Origin: an uncultured virus (IMG/VR IMGVR_UViG_3300007770_000006)
Taxonomy: Duplodnaviria > Heunggongvirae > Uroviricota > Caudoviricetes
IMG/VR virus record: IMGVR_UViG_3300007770_000006
Strand: one strand, 5' to 3'
Length of the DNA: 20,000 nt
Numbering within the stretch: the stretch's first letter is position 1; every line of letters begins with the position of its first letter. The translations under genes were made by a program, and so were the position numbers. This document shows, piece by piece, positions 8,091 through 17,862 of this stretch. The notes beneath the pieces were generated by a model. That model made no database searches. It was given only the letters and a program-made list of their open reading frames with translations, and had not been told where the DNA came from.

Positions 8091-8476
8091 CGCTGCGCCG
8101 CCTTTCTGAGCTTCCGATCGCGCTCGCCGATCTTTTCGAGAATGCTGATTCTGTTTCGGCCCGCGCGCTCCAGATCGTACAGCTCCTGCAGATACTGATC
8201 GCAATCGCCCGCGCTCAGACTGTGCATGGTCTGCGAGTACCCACGCGAAAGCGTCGCGGCTGCGGGCGATAGTGCAGACTCGACGACCCGCCAGCCGCGC
8301 TCTGTGCAGAGTCTGACTGTCTCGTCCGACTCGACACTTGCGAGTAGATGATCTGCAGAGTCGGGATCTGATCGAGAGATGACCCGCTCGTCCGGGCAGG
8401 TCATCAGGGTTTGACCGTCTGCCGGGTCTTGCGCGTTGCGTCTGCGCCGCAGCGTGACTGTGCGGCGAGCGGTCAT
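8087..8476 (-). CDS. Hypothetical head-region protein with a small C-terminal helical module
   Basis: ATGA-coupled at both ends. The C-terminal LQELYDLERAGRNRISILEKI resembles a short module seen in phage head-associated proteins. Confidence 0.55.
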   Translation of the reverse strand: MTARRTVTLRRRRNAQDPADGQTLMTCPDERVISRSDPDSADHLLASVESDETVRLCTERGWRVVESALSPAAATLSRGYSQTMHSLSAGDCDQYLQELYDLERAGRNRISILEKIGERDRKLRKAAQR

Positions 8477-9051
8477 GGCGCAGAGTCGCGCGGAATGATC
8501 CGAGTGTAGCCGGCGAGCATCGATCGCACCTGCGCCGGAACCTCGTCCGGGTCGGCGCTGTAGCGGTAGCCCGCGCCCGACTCGCTACGCATTCCAGCGT
8601 GTCTCGACGCATTGAACCACGACGCCGCCCAGACGGTCGCAGCGTGTGCCAGCGTGTTCAGTCCGGGCGATGCCGCCGTGTGACCCGCCGTGTAGACGAC
8701 CGAGACTTTTTGTGCGCCCTGCGTGAAGAATCGTCCCGAGCCCGTGCGACGAACGAAACCCGTTCGCGAGTCGAGATACCACGCCGTCTGTGCAAGCGTT
8801 GTTCCTGCGTCGACGACTGACGCGACCTCGGCGACCGGGAAGCATCGCAGCGCGATCTCGTTCTGCCCAGCCCCCTCGATGTCGAATGCGTGCGTGTGAG
8901 TCGCCCACGTCAGCGTCGGCTGACCGCAATACGCCAGAATCATGTTGTCGACTGCGTCGGCCAGCTCTGCGATGTATGCGTCGTGCATTGTGATCGCTGC
9001 CGGAATTCCCAGCGCGCGCTTGACTCGCGTGGTAGACGTGAGATCAGCCAT
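8473..9051 (-). CDS. Head-tail connector/adaptor (gp6/gp15-like)
   Basis: LTSTTRVKRALGI...DAYIAEL...YCG, VSVVYTAG and VPAQVRSMLAGY match the adaptor pattern. GAGG RBS. Confidence 0.8.
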   Translation of the reverse strand: MADLTSTTRVKRALGIPAAITMHDAYIAELADAVDNMILAYCGQPTLTWATHTHAFDIEGAGQNEIALRCFPVAEVASVVDAGTTLAQTAWYLDSRTGFVRRTGSGRFFTQGAQKVSVVYTAGHTAASPGLNTLAHAATVWAASWFNASRHAGMRSESGAGYRYSADPDEVPAQVRSMLAGYTRIIPRDSAP

Positions 9052-9538
9052 CGCAGATCACCGCCTCGTGGAAGCGCGGCCCGCGCTTGTAGCGATAGTC
9101 CCGCGTCGACGTGCCCGCGTTGACTGTCGCGATCCCGCGCTGATTCAGCATCTTGATCGACGTGCGCCACTCGCTGTCGGCGATGCCGGTCGCTGACACG
9201 ATCTCGGCTTTCGTCATCCAGTCGTCTGTCAGCGTTTCGACGATCTTGCGCTGACTCGGCGTCGAAACGCGCGGGCGCAGACTCTGCAGATACTCGAACC
9301 ACTCGGCGCTGACATCCACCCAGCCGGTGCGCAGGCCCCGCTCGCGTGTCGACGGCTTCGAGCAGAACACCGTATGACGGCGCGGTTCGCCGGGCAGAGC
9401 GAGCGACAAAGACTCGCGCGATTCTTCATACCCGATCAAGTCGATCGGGTGCGAGTCGCGCTCGACGATGAATCGCTGGTACTGCAGGACGTACCGGTAC
9501 GTCCCGACGTTCGGCGGCTTACTGGACATCGCAGGCAA
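9044..9538 (-). CDS. Hypothetical protein with a C-terminal winged helix-turn-helix
   Basis: SQRKIVETL...MTKAEIVSATGIADSEWRTSIKMLNQRGIA plus a beta wing. The start is TTG 9538 (GGGGG RBS) or ATG 9529. Confidence 0.6.
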   Translation of the reverse strand: MPAMSSKPPNVGTYRYVLQYQRFIVERDSHPIDLIGYEESRESLSLALPGEPRRHTVFCSKPSTRERGLRTGWVDVSAEWFEYLQSLRPRVSTPSQRKIVETLTDDWMTKAEIVSATGIADSEWRTSIKMLNQRGIATVNAGTSTRDYRYKRGPRFHEAVICDG

Positions 9539-9556
9539 TCAGCACCCCCTGCCGCC

Positions 9557-9569
9557 GACTGTATCACCG
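9557..9569 (-). promoter_or_regulatory. Putative extended -10 promoter CGGTGATACAGTC upstream of the wHTH/neck genes
   Basis: Exact copy of 5345-5357, located just downstream of the post-capsid hairpin. Confidence 0.55.
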
Positions 9570-9602
9570 AACACCTCGATCGCGCCACCCGCAGACACAC
9601 GA

Positions 9603-9633
9603 ACGCCCCGAACAGGCCGGCCGTTCGGGGCGT
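9603..9633 (-). terminator. Hairpin after the major capsid gene (probable terminator or mRNA-stabilising stem)
   Basis: Perfect 11-bp stem ACGCCCCGAAC/GTTCGGGGCGT with a 9-nt loop, 21 nt after the capsid stop. The U-tract is weak. Confidence 0.65.
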
Positions 9634-9654
9634 GCCGAGTTAGTCGGCGCTGTC

Positions 9655-10650
9655 TTACGAGGCGTCGAGCCCGCCGAGCACCGCCGATCCCTTGGTGTTC
9701 GCGTGGACGAGCGCGAGATCACCGAAGATATCGAACTGCTCGAACTGCGAGTCATCGCGGGCCAGAGGCATCATGGTCATCGGGGTCAGCTCCTCGATCC
9801 ATACGTGTCTCCGATTCACGACCGCGATCGCGGTGGTCGGGTTGCTCGACTCGCCGGACAGCGCTGTGATCGCGGTGCCGCTCCACGTCAGGTCGTCGGG
9901 CATTCCGGTGGACACGACGACCGGAACGCCGTCGTAGTCGCGAACGCGGAACCCGGCGGCGATCTCCACCATGTTGACGAAACGCTGGCGACTGTCCAGC
10001 GCTGCGTTGATCTTCCGGCCGCCCTTGAAGGAGCAGTAGATCACGAGGTCGGAACGGTTGCCCGCCCCCTTGACGGTGTCGATCGTCTCGTCGAGCTTCG
10101 AGAGCGACAGCGAGTCGCCGGCGGGCGCGCTCGTCTGTGCGACGACCTGCCCGCTGACCGCGTTGGTCAGCGTCAGCAGACCGTCGATCTGGTCGGAGAT
10201 CGCGGCGCTGTCACCGATGAACAGAGCGGACTCCAGCGACTCGTTCCAGTCGTCCGCTTTCTGCACCATCTCGTCGGCGAGCAGATCGACGTAGGACCGG
10301 CCGATGGCCCGCATCTTCCGGGTGATCTTGCCGCGGGTGGCGAGAGTCTGGTAGGTGAACGTCGCCTGGGTGTGCGTACCCGTCGACTCGGTCAGCGAGT
10401 CGGTGTCGGCAACCCAGACGTTCGCGGCGGTCATCGTCGAGCCGGCCCGGCGATTTACGACCGCCTGACTGCCGCTGCCCGGTTTGCGCTGCAGCGTGGC
10501 ACCAGCGCCCTGTTCCCGAAGAACGAGCTGCTGGATGATCCGGTTCGTGAAATTCTGAACGAGAATCGAACCAGCGCCGGACACGTTGATCGCGCGCTCG
10601 AACCGCTCTCGGCGGGTGGGGTCCAGTCCGGCCCAAGCTGGGGTCGTCAT
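9655..10650 (-). CDS. Major capsid protein (HK97 fold)
   Basis: 331 aa following the protease/scaffold. Motifs ESALFIGD, IDGLL and YDGVPVVVS. AGGAG RBS and strongly optimised codons. Confidence 0.85.
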   Translation of the reverse strand: MTTPAWAGLDPTRRERFERAINVSGAGSILVQNFTNRIIQQLVLREQGAGATLQRKPGSGSQAVVNRRAGSTMTAANVWVADTDSLTESTGTHTQATFTYQTLATRGKITRKMRAIGRSYVDLLADEMVQKADDWNESLESALFIGDSAAISDQIDGLLTLTNAVSGQVVAQTSAPAGDSLSLSKLDETIDTVKGAGNRSDLVIYCSFKGGRKINAALDSRQRFVNMVEIAAGFRVRDYDGVPVVVSTGMPDDLTWSGTAITALSGESSNPTTAIAVVNRRHVWIEELTPMTMMPLARDDSQFEQFDIFGDLALVHANTKGSAVLGGLDAS

Positions 10651-10728
10651 GGGTTGTCTCCTGTCTCGACGTTGTCGGGTGTGGTTGCGACCGCGCAGAC
10701 ACGCTCGGCCTGGTTCCGTCCGCGCGCC

Positions 10729-12180
10729 TTAGTAGGCCGCAGACTCGTGCGGGTCGGCGATGACGCCGTCGGCGTACGCGGCCGCGAGCAGCGAGCGCAG
10801 ATCCTGCTCCAGCTCGTCGCGGCTCGGCGTCTTGCTGATGCTGGCGTCCCGGCGCTCGGCCTGGGCGTTCGCGACCATCGCGATCGCCGAGTCGTCTCCG
10901 AGCTGTGCGGCGCAGCGCTTGACCATGCCGGCGTAGCCGCCGGCCAGCTCGACGCGCTGGCGAGTGATCGCACCGACACCGGCGCGACTCGCGGCGGTCA
11001 TCGTGCGCTGGAGCCGGGCGCGCAGCTCTGCGTTCTGCAGCTTCAGCGCGCGCGCCTCGTCGCCGCTCTCGGCAGCGGGTGCGGCGGGCGTGGTCGGGGC
11101 GGTGCGCTCGGCCTGAGCGGACATCAGGCCGATCAGGGTGTCCAGCTTCTCGTTCGTCGCGCGCTGCGCGTCGGCGATGCCGGTCAGCTCGGCGCTCTGC
11201 GTGTTCTCGGTTCCGTCAGACATTGCGTGATCCGTCGTGTCGTCGTTTGTCGGGGACGGCTTCGCGCGCTGACTGGCGTCTTGCTCGCTCACAGTCGAAC
11301 CCGGATTCGGGACACTGTCAAGCGCGGTGGCCGCTGGTGTTGATACGGTCGGCGTTTCCGCAGACTCGCTGTGACTCGGGCTGTCATCGCCCGTGTCGGC
11401 ATCTTTGAGCGTCGAAACGCTCTCGGAATTGGTGCCCGTGTCAGCGTTCTCGTCACGAACGGTGGGCGGCTTGCAAACGAGCGACCGTGCGCGCTCGATC
11501 AGCCCGTCGATCCAGCTCTCGCGATTCGACGGGCGACGGGTCGTCGCAAGGTGATCCAGCTCGATCTTGTGGATCAGAACGCGCTCCAGCTCGTCGTCGT
11601 CGTTGAACAGAAACTCCATGTCTCTGAACCAGCCGCCGATCGACGTTCCAATCGGCGAGTCTCCGCGCTTGACTGCGCGGACGAGCCTGTGCGCTCTGTC
11701 TTCATCGTACAGACCGATCACGACGCGCAGCGCCTCGCCCTTGCCGGGCTTGCCGGTTGCGCCGTCCTCGGCGATCCGTGCAGACTCGATCTCGGCGTCG
11801 ACCGTGCGGCCGATGATCTCGTCCCACTCCGTGTCCCAATGAGTCGGAACGTAGATCGTCCCGGCCTTCATTTGCTCGGCCATGTCGCGCAGACACCCAG
11901 CAGTCATTTCGGTACCATGACTGTCGACGCCGGTACTGGACGCCCGCGCCTGCAGCAGAGCGACGAACGGCGAATCATCGCTCAGCCGCTCGTCATCGGA
12001 CGCACGCTCGACATCGGCGGGCGCAGACTCGGCCAGAGCTTCGAGTGGCAGCCCCACGAATGGAACGCGAGCCTGGGTCCTGTAGACTCGCAGCCCGTCG
12101 CGCTCTGGCGCAGACTCCAGACACAGATCGAGCGAGCGCAGAAGCTCAGACAGCGATTCAGCATCGCGCAGACGCATCAT
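10729..12180 (-). CDS. Prohead protease-scaffold fusion (HK97/herpes-type serine protease)
   Basis: ASSTGVDSHG, PTH (candidate catalytic His), GTSIGG (catalytic Ser) and ELDHLATTRRPSN. These are followed by an acidic S/T linker and a coiled-coil scaffold. Confidence 0.8.
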   Translation of the reverse strand: MMRLRDAESLSELLRSLDLCLESAPERDGLRVYRTQARVPFVGLPLEALAESAPADVERASDDERLSDDSPFVALLQARASSTGVDSHGTEMTAGCLRDMAEQMKAGTIYVPTHWDTEWDEIIGRTVDAEIESARIAEDGATGKPGKGEALRVVIGLYDEDRAHRLVRAVKRGDSPIGTSIGGWFRDMEFLFNDDDELERVLIHKIELDHLATTRRPSNRESWIDGLIERARSLVCKPPTVRDENADTGTNSESVSTLKDADTGDDSPSHSESAETPTVSTPAATALDSVPNPGSTVSEQDASQRAKPSPTNDDTTDHAMSDGTENTQSAELTGIADAQRATNEKLDTLIGLMSAQAERTAPTTPAAPAAESGDEARALKLQNAELRARLQRTMTAASRAGVGAITRQRVELAGGYAGMVKRCAAQLGDDSAIAMVANAQAERRDASISKTPSRDELEQDLRSLLAAAYADGVIADPHESAAY

Positions 12181-12224
12181 GTTCTCTCGGTCGTCAGTGT
12201 CTGCGCCTGCGCGGCGTCATTGAA

Positions 12225-12253
12225 CGTGTACCACCGAACTCGCAGACGTTCAA
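12225..12253 (-). promoter_or_regulatory. Putative promoter for the protease/capsid genes, overlapped by an inverted repeat
   Basis: The minus strand reads TTGAAC-17 nt-TACACG with a GGTGG extension. Inverted repeat TTGAACGT (12220-12227) / ACGTTCAA (12246-12253). Confidence 0.45.
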
Positions 12254-14667
12254 GCGTCCGGGCCGCCGGGTGCCAGCTCGGACAGCTTGATCGCCGCCCC
12301 AGCGTCGATCTCGCGCTTTGTCCAAAACACGAGAACACACCGACAACGCCCTACGCAGAATGTGTCCTCACCGGGGCGGCGCGAGAGCTGCGAGATCGCC
12401 CGGAACCCCTGCGAGCCCTCGTCCCGACAGATCGGGCAAGTCTTGCCGCCCGCGTTTACCCACTCGCACCACCACTCGACGGGCGAGCCGTCCTGCTGGC
12501 TTGCGGTCTGGTTCAAAGCGTCGACCAGAACGCTGTTCGCCAGTCCGACCATGCGGCCCGACCAATTGTCGATTCGGTGCGCTTGCGCCGTCAGCGACAG
12601 CTCCAGCGTCGATAGCGCCCGCTCGGGCGCAGCGTCGGGCGTCAGATCGTCGATCCGGTCGCGCGTCGAGTCTGCGACGCAGCAGCCAGCCGAGTCGGCG
12701 GGCGCGGCGCTACGCTCGCCGATGGTCAGTGCTGACACGGTGCGGCGGCACTCTGTGCGCAGCGTTCCGATCAGACCGTCGGGATCTGTCAGATAGGACA
12801 TCGCCCGCTCGTGATACGACTCGGCGCGCGCGGCCGGGTCGATCTGCGTCACGCCGCCGGCGATCGTGTCTGCGCTATCGGCGGCGAGCTGTGCGGCCCG
12901 CGCGTACAGCGGCGCAGACAGCGCAGACCAGCCCGCCGCGAAATCGTCGAGTCGCGAGAACATGCGCTCCAGCGTCGAGTCGGCCTCGGCCGGCGACAGC
13001 CGGTCATCGCCGCCGTAGCCCTGCGCGAGCAGAACCTGCAGATCGGCGACCGTGTCGGCATACAGCCCGGCGATCCCGCGGGTGTAGTCCGCGACGGCGT
13101 CGCCGAGCGCGCGAACGTCGATCACGCGGTACGGGTCCCACCGCCCGGCGTCGGGCCAGTCGCTCGGCAGACCCGAGCCGCGCGCGGCCCGTGAGAGCTG
13201 CGCTCGCAGCTGCACGAGCTGCGCTCGATCGGCAGCCGTCAGCGGGCGCAGGCTGCCGCTGCCGCGCTCGGGCGACTTGCGCCCGCCGTCAGCAGCGCCG
13301 CCGCTGTCAGCGGGCGCGGGCGAGCCGGCCGCGATGTCGGTCAACGGGCGCGGCCCCTCGTTCGTGTCCATCACTGCGACATCGCCGCCGGGGACCGGCA
13401 GTAGCCCGAGATCGGCGCGCGCCTCGTTGACCGTAATGATCCCGCGGCGCACCCGAACGTCCTGAGCTTTCGCAAGCGATAGCCGCTGATCCGGCGTCAG
13501 CGGCTGATCCCGATCGAACCGGAACGCGATCGACGCCGCGTCCGACCCGAACATCAGCGGCACGATCTGCGCGTTGATCCGGGCCTGTACCAGCTCCAGT
13601 ATCGGCGTGATCAGGTGGCTCGACGACACGTCCACCTGCACGGTTGCACTCGCTCTCGGCACGCCCTCGAAAACACCCAGCTCCACGGGCATCACGCCGA
13701 ACGTGCGCCAGATCGTTCGGCGCATGTTGTCGACGACCTCGATCATCGAGAGATCTTTGGGCGTGTGTCGCAGCTCGACCCAGTCTGCACGAATTCCCGC
13801 GGGCTGCGGGCTCGTGATTACGCGCAGCTTGTGATCGCGTCCGCGCATTTGCTGCAAGTCGGCGCGGGCGCGCTCAGCAGCAGCACCGGCGACGCCGCCC
13901 ACGACGAGCAGTCCGGGCGGGATCTCGTTCGCGTCGAGAGCGAGCATCGCGTGCTCACTTGCGAGCAGAACGGTAACGCACTCGTCAACGAGAGTGTCGA
14001 GCAGCGGCATACCCAGCGGCCCGCGATTGTTGCGGAACAGCGAGAAATAGACCATGCGTTCCGGCATGAGCTTAGCCCCGCTCGCAGCCCCGCCCTCCTT
14101 GTGTTGTTCGTACCGCAGCAGCATCGATCGCTCATCGTAGATCGGCAGCCATTCCGAGCCGAGCCACGGCACGATCTCGGCGAGATCTGCGCCGGGTACG
14201 TTCAGCTCCCACGCGCCGGCATCATACAGCAGCAGATCCGTCCCGGTGCGAGTCATCAGCTCCTGCCATGTTTCACCGTTTGCGTTCGGCACAGCGAGCC
14301 AGCGCTGCCCGGCGTCTGCACGCCCGCGGAGTCGCCGGTATTCGGCTGCGTCGCGCGGGTCGGTCTGAACCTCGAACGACCAATTCCACGTCGCGATTCT
14401 GCGCACGATACTGTCGACACACGCACGAACGTCCGGGCTCGTCTTGTAGAGCTGCCAGTATTGCACCGGCAGCAGATTTCGGTCCACGCGATGCTGAGAC
14501 ATGCCGAGCGCGGCGATCGGATGCCCATACCCGCCGAGCCCGAGACGCGATCGCGCAGACTCAGGCGGCCCGCCGCGGCCCGAGAACCACAGCCCGCCAG
14601 CACCGCGCGAATTGCGTGGGCCGACTGAGAGCGGGGCGGGTGCGAGAAGTGTGATCGGAGCGGACAT
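12250..14667 (-). CDS. Portal protein fused to a MuF/SPP1 gp7-like minor head domain
   Basis: HK97-type portal motifs VRACVDSI, PLGMPLL, FGVMPVELG and GIITVNEARADLGLLPVPGGD. C-terminal KTCPIC...GRCRCVLV is the MuF signature. ATG 14667 has a GGGAGG RBS. Confidence 0.85.
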   Translation of the reverse strand: MSAPITLLAPAPLSVGPRNSRGAGGLWFSGRGGPPESARSRLGLGGYGHPIAALGMSQHRVDRNLLPVQYWQLYKTSPDVRACVDSIVRRIATWNWSFEVQTDPRDAAEYRRLRGRADAGQRWLAVPNANGETWQELMTRTGTDLLLYDAGAWELNVPGADLAEIVPWLGSEWLPIYDERSMLLRYEQHKEGGAASGAKLMPERMVYFSLFRNNRGPLGMPLLDTLVDECVTVLLASEHAMLALDANEIPPGLLVVGGVAGAAAERARADLQQMRGRDHKLRVITSPQPAGIRADWVELRHTPKDLSMIEVVDNMRRTIWRTFGVMPVELGVFEGVPRASATVQVDVSSSHLITPILELVQARINAQIVPLMFGSDAASIAFRFDRDQPLTPDQRLSLAKAQDVRVRRGIITVNEARADLGLLPVPGGDVAVMDTNEGPRPLTDIAAGSPAPADSGGAADGGRKSPERGSGSLRPLTAADRAQLVQLRAQLSRAARGSGLPSDWPDAGRWDPYRVIDVRALGDAVADYTRGIAGLYADTVADLQVLLAQGYGGDDRLSPAEADSTLERMFSRLDDFAAGWSALSAPLYARAAQLAADSADTIAGGVTQIDPAARAESYHERAMSYLTDPDGLIGTLRTECRRTVSALTIGERSAAPADSAGCCVADSTRDRIDDLTPDAAPERALSTLELSLTAQAHRIDNWSGRMVGLANSVLVDALNQTASQQDGSPVEWWCEWVNAGGKTCPICRDEGSQGFRAISQLSRRPGEDTFCVGRCRCVLVFWTKREIDAGAAIKLSELAPGGPDA

Positions 14668-14694
14668 AGGGGCCTCCCACGGCGAGATTACCAC

Positions 14695-14985
14695 CTATCG
14701 GCGAGCGCCGCCCGGAACGACAAGGCGCGCGAGTCTGCGCGCGAGCCCACCCGCAGACTCGTTCGGCTCGGCGACCGGTACGCCGAGAATCGGTGCGATC
14801 ACGCTCGCAACGAACCGCCCGGCGCGCGACTCTGCGTCACGCTCGCCCTGTCTGTACGCATCGCTGAGCGCCGCCGCGAGCGCGTCGATTTGCGCCGGCG
14901 ATGCGCGCTCGACGAGCGAGCGCAGCTCGGGCGAGCCCGCAGACACCGCGCCGAGTCTGTGCAGCGCAAGTGCTGACTCAGTCAT
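14695..14985 (-). CDS. Small hypothetical protein (96 aa)
   Basis: ATG 14985 overlaps the end of terL and has a GGGGAG RBS. Fills the terL-portal gap. Confidence 0.5.
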   Translation of the reverse strand: MTESALALHRLGAVSAGSPELRSLVERASPAQIDALAAALSDAYRQGERDAESRAGRFVASVIAPILGVPVAEPNESAGGLARRLARLVVPGGARR

Positions 14986-16648
14986 GATAGCTCCCCTGCA
15001 TGTCCAGCAGCGACTCGGCCACGCGCGAGTATGCGTCGCTGAATCTGTAGTGATCAGCAGACCGTCCGCTATCCCATATGAACCCGTCGCCGTTTCGGTT
15101 CGATACACGCTTCGGCGCGGTCATCTGTTGCGACCAGCCGCGACTCTGCCAAACGTCCTCGGGCCACGTTCGCGACGGCGGGTCGTGCTGAATGTCTGCG
15201 AGCGTCGCGTCCAGTAGCTGCGTTCTGTCGACACGCACGACGTGGCGGTTCCAGTCCTGCATCATTCCGAAATCTTGCGCGCTGACTCGCGGCGTTTTGT
15301 GAAACTCACAGAGCCACACGTCGGACACGCCCGACGCGATCGCGCGGTCGCGCAGCTCCTGCGACTTTCGCGCCTCGGGCCGAGCGTCGATCACCGCAAC
15401 GTCCACGCAGTAGCGGACGAGCATGTCATAGATATCGTTGAATGACGACACCTCTCCTGTCCAGATTCCGCGACGCTTTCTGCGCAGCGTTGTCTCGTCG
15501 ATCTCTGATACGCAAATGTCCACGTTCAGCACGTTTCCGACATCGATCCCGGCGACGACCTGACAGCGTCGCAAGTGTTCACCGCCGGCGTGGTCTGTAG
15601 GCGGCGCGGTAGCTGCACGATGCAGCAGATCTGTCGACACGCTGCTGCCCGCTGGGGCGTACGGCAGGCCGAGCACACCGGCATAAAATGCAGTCATCTT
15701 GTCCGGGTTGCCCTGAGCTTCGATCCACTCGTCGAACAGATCGCGCAGGTTCTCGCTCAGCACGTCCATTCTGCAGACGTGATAGCCGCGGCGTGGCCGA
15801 TCTGGCCGTGTCTGCACCCACTGCCCACCGCCATCTCTGCGGTCCCACGGGCGTCCGCAGCGCAGACACACGGGCCGAACCGTTCCGTGGTCTGAGCGCG
15901 CAGAGTCACGCAGAACCCAGCGCCCAGCGTCGTCCCGGTCGACTATGTGCAGGAACCAGTCGATCTGCTGCCGCTCGCCGCAGCGGCTGCAGCGGTGGAA
16001 CCACTCGCGGCCGTCGCTGATGTCGAACAGCTCGCTAATGCCGCGGCCCGGGATCGTCGGGTTGCTGACTCTGAACAGCTGCGGGCTATCGCTGGCGCGC
16101 AGTCGGTCGCGGGCAAACGAAAGATTCGTCTGGTCGCAGCGATCATACTCGTCGACAACCAGCACGTCCGCGCTAAACTCGATGAAATCGTTAACGGCGT
16201 TCGAGCCGAGGAACAACAGAGCGCCGCGGCCGAATCGTTTATGGCGCAGACTGCCGGGATCGTCGGACGGAACCAGCGCGCGGTATGCCGGGACGGTCAT
16301 CTTGTCATCGCCGCCGAGCAGCGACACGACACGGCGTCGAACAAACCGATCCCGCAGCTGATAGCTCGGCAGCACGTAGCCGCAGATTCGCCCGGCCCAG
16401 CCGGCCCGCTCCAGAACGAGCTGAATCAGATACTCGGACCAGCCGACCTGAACGCACTTCATCGCGTCGAATCCGTCGATCTTTGGCCCGTCCGTATACA
16501 GCTCGATCAGATACGGCCGGTTCTTGAACGACATGGGCTGACCGCGCGTATTGCGATGGTGCATCAGCGAAAGGCCGAGCAGCGGGTATTCCTCGGCGAG
16601 TCTGCGCACAATGCTGGACGTGGGGGCCGCCTGTTTGTCCAGATTCAT
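14978..16648 (-). CDS. terL: Terminase large subunit, GpA family
   Basis: KCVQVGWSE (Walker A), LVVDEYD (Walker B), VSNPT (coupling motif), CSRC/CLRC zinc finger, and nuclease motifs GIDVG and DHYRFSDAY. ATG 16648 with a GGAGG RBS. Confidence 0.9.
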   Translation of the reverse strand: MNLDKQAAPTSSIVRRLAEEYPLLGLSLMHHRNTRGQPMSFKNRPYLIELYTDGPKIDGFDAMKCVQVGWSEYLIQLVLERAGWAGRICGYVLPSYQLRDRFVRRRVVSLLGGDDKMTVPAYRALVPSDDPGSLRHKRFGRGALLFLGSNAVNDFIEFSADVLVVDEYDRCDQTNLSFARDRLRASDSPQLFRVSNPTIPGRGISELFDISDGREWFHRCSRCGERQQIDWFLHIVDRDDAGRWVLRDSARSDHGTVRPVCLRCGRPWDRRDGGGQWVQTRPDRPRRGYHVCRMDVLSENLRDLFDEWIEAQGNPDKMTAFYAGVLGLPYAPAGSSVSTDLLHRAATAPPTDHAGGEHLRRCQVVAGIDVGNVLNVDICVSEIDETTLRRKRRGIWTGEVSSFNDIYDMLVRYCVDVAVIDARPEARKSQELRDRAIASGVSDVWLCEFHKTPRVSAQDFGMMQDWNRHVVRVDRTQLLDATLADIQHDPPSRTWPEDVWQSRGWSQQMTAPKRVSNRNGDGFIWDSGRSADHYRFSDAYSRVAESLLDMQGSYHD

Positions 16649-17862
16649 CGCTTCCTCCGTCTGACCCGGTTTCGCTTGCGCGTGACGTTGACTCGCGGCG
16701 GGCGCTGTTTGCCGCCGGGCGTGACGATGAATCGCTCGGCCAGCCCTCGCGACATCGTCGGGCCGCAATACTCGAACACTGCACACGGGCGGCCGCCAAA
16801 GTCGCTTGATCCCGACTCGCCCTCTCCCTCTCTGTATCTGCGCGCCTTCGCGTTCTTGTTCGGCGCATTCTTCAGCGAAGACTCTGCACTCGAAATCAAC
16901 CGCCAGTGCGGGCTTCTCATGCAGGCCGCCACATATCCCGGGTGTGCCGGGTAGTCGCGAAACCGCCACCCGAACGCCTTGTAGGCTGCGCCGAGCGCAT
17001 CATTCAGCACAAACGAAAGCCCGAGCCCCTGCCAGTCGGGCAACACTACCGTCCGGGTCATTCGGATCAGATCCTTCGCTGACCAGTGCGGGAAGATTGC
17101 GATCCCCGTGAAGCCGACCGGACGGGCTACGCCGTCAACGAAAACGCCGTAATACTCCCCATATGGGAGCGTCGAGGTCAGATAGTGAAACGGTGCAAAC
17201 CGCGCCCACTCGGCACGATCCACTCGGGCGATCCCAACGTCGAATCGTGGTCGGGGTTGAACCGACCTCCAGCTAAAGGACATTGTCTCTGGCTCCAGTA
17301 CCCAATCGGGCCTGAGCCAGTCCACCACGTCATAGTGACAGGTCACGGCGACGAACCGCCGGCCGTTTCTGCGCGCCCACTTCTGCACGGCGTGCGATCC
17401 GATCTTGGCGACTTGCCGATCTACCACGCTCGTAAACTCGTCGACGACGACGGGATCTGCAGACTCGCAGAGTCTGCGGGCAAGCTCGACGCGGAACCGC
17501 TCGCCGTTCGACAGAACGTGGAACGGGCGCAACCACGCCGGGATCGTGTTGAACCCGACGGCGCTGCACGCTTTCGTGATTGTCTCGACATCGAGAGACG
17601 GCGCAAAGTCGTCCACGACGCTCGGCGCGCTCCAGCTAAGCTCGGCCGGCTCGCCAAACAGATCGCGCATGATTGTGCTCTTTCCAGAGCCGCTGGGTCC
17701 GACGATCAGGCCGACGCTCCAGTCCCGCTCGGCGAGCGGAACATCGCCCGACCACGAGCGCTCGCACTTTTCCGCCGGCGGAACGTCGAACATACTGCAC
17801 ACCTGACGCGCGCGCATACTCTCGGACAGGGGCGTAGAGACTACGACATTAACGGTTGGCAC
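16645..17862 (-). CDS. ABC-type ATPase fused to a GNAT (Mom-like) acetyltransferase
   Basis: GPSGSGKS (Walker A), LSNGE (ABC signature), VVVDEF (Walker B) and VTCH (H-loop). Then FAPFHYL and RTVVLPDWQGLGL (acetyl-CoA binding). No membrane partner. GTG start at 17862. Confidence 0.8.
   Translation of the reverse strand: MPTVNVVVSTPLSESMRARQVCSMFDVPPAEKCERSWSGDVPLAERDWSVGLIVGPSGSGKSTIMRDLFGEPAELSWSAPSVVDDFAPSLDVETITKACSAVGFNTIPAWLRPFHVLSNGERFRVELARRLCESADPVVVDEFTSVVDRQVAKIGSHAVQKWARRNGRRFVAVTCHYDVVDWLRPDWVLEPETMSFSWRSVQPRPRFDVGIARVDRAEWARFAPFHYLTSTLPYGEYYGVFVDGVARPVGFTGIAIFPHWSAKDLIRMTRTVVLPDWQGLGLSFVLNDALGAAYKAFGWRFRDYPAHPGYVAACMRSPHWRLISSAESSLKNAPNKNAKARRYREGEGESGSSDFGGRPCAVFEYCGPTMSRGLAERFIVTPGGKQRPPRVNVTRKRNRVRRRKR

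Noticed and set aside
8091..8612. N-terminal extension of the dehydratase ORF to 506 aa (similar extensions on terL, ABC-GNAT, ParB, 827-1504 and 6574-7503)
   Set aside because: The extensions overlap real upstream genes in other frames. Coupled starts with RBSs give better boundaries.
9703..12615. Long plus-strand ORFs 9703-11343 and 11371-12615 (likewise 13615-14628 and 15947-16954)
   Set aside because: They are antisense shadows of the capsid, protease, portal and terminase genes, caused by codon bias.
9824..15343. HIP1-like GCGATCGC and frequent CGATCG
   Set aside because: Only a few full copies were seen, and frequent GATC/CGATCG is common in high-GC codon usage (ATC/GAT). It cannot be supported without statistics.
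16645..17862. ABC transporter interpretation
   Set aside because: There is no permease or binding protein, and the ATPase is fused to a GNAT within a packaging operon.
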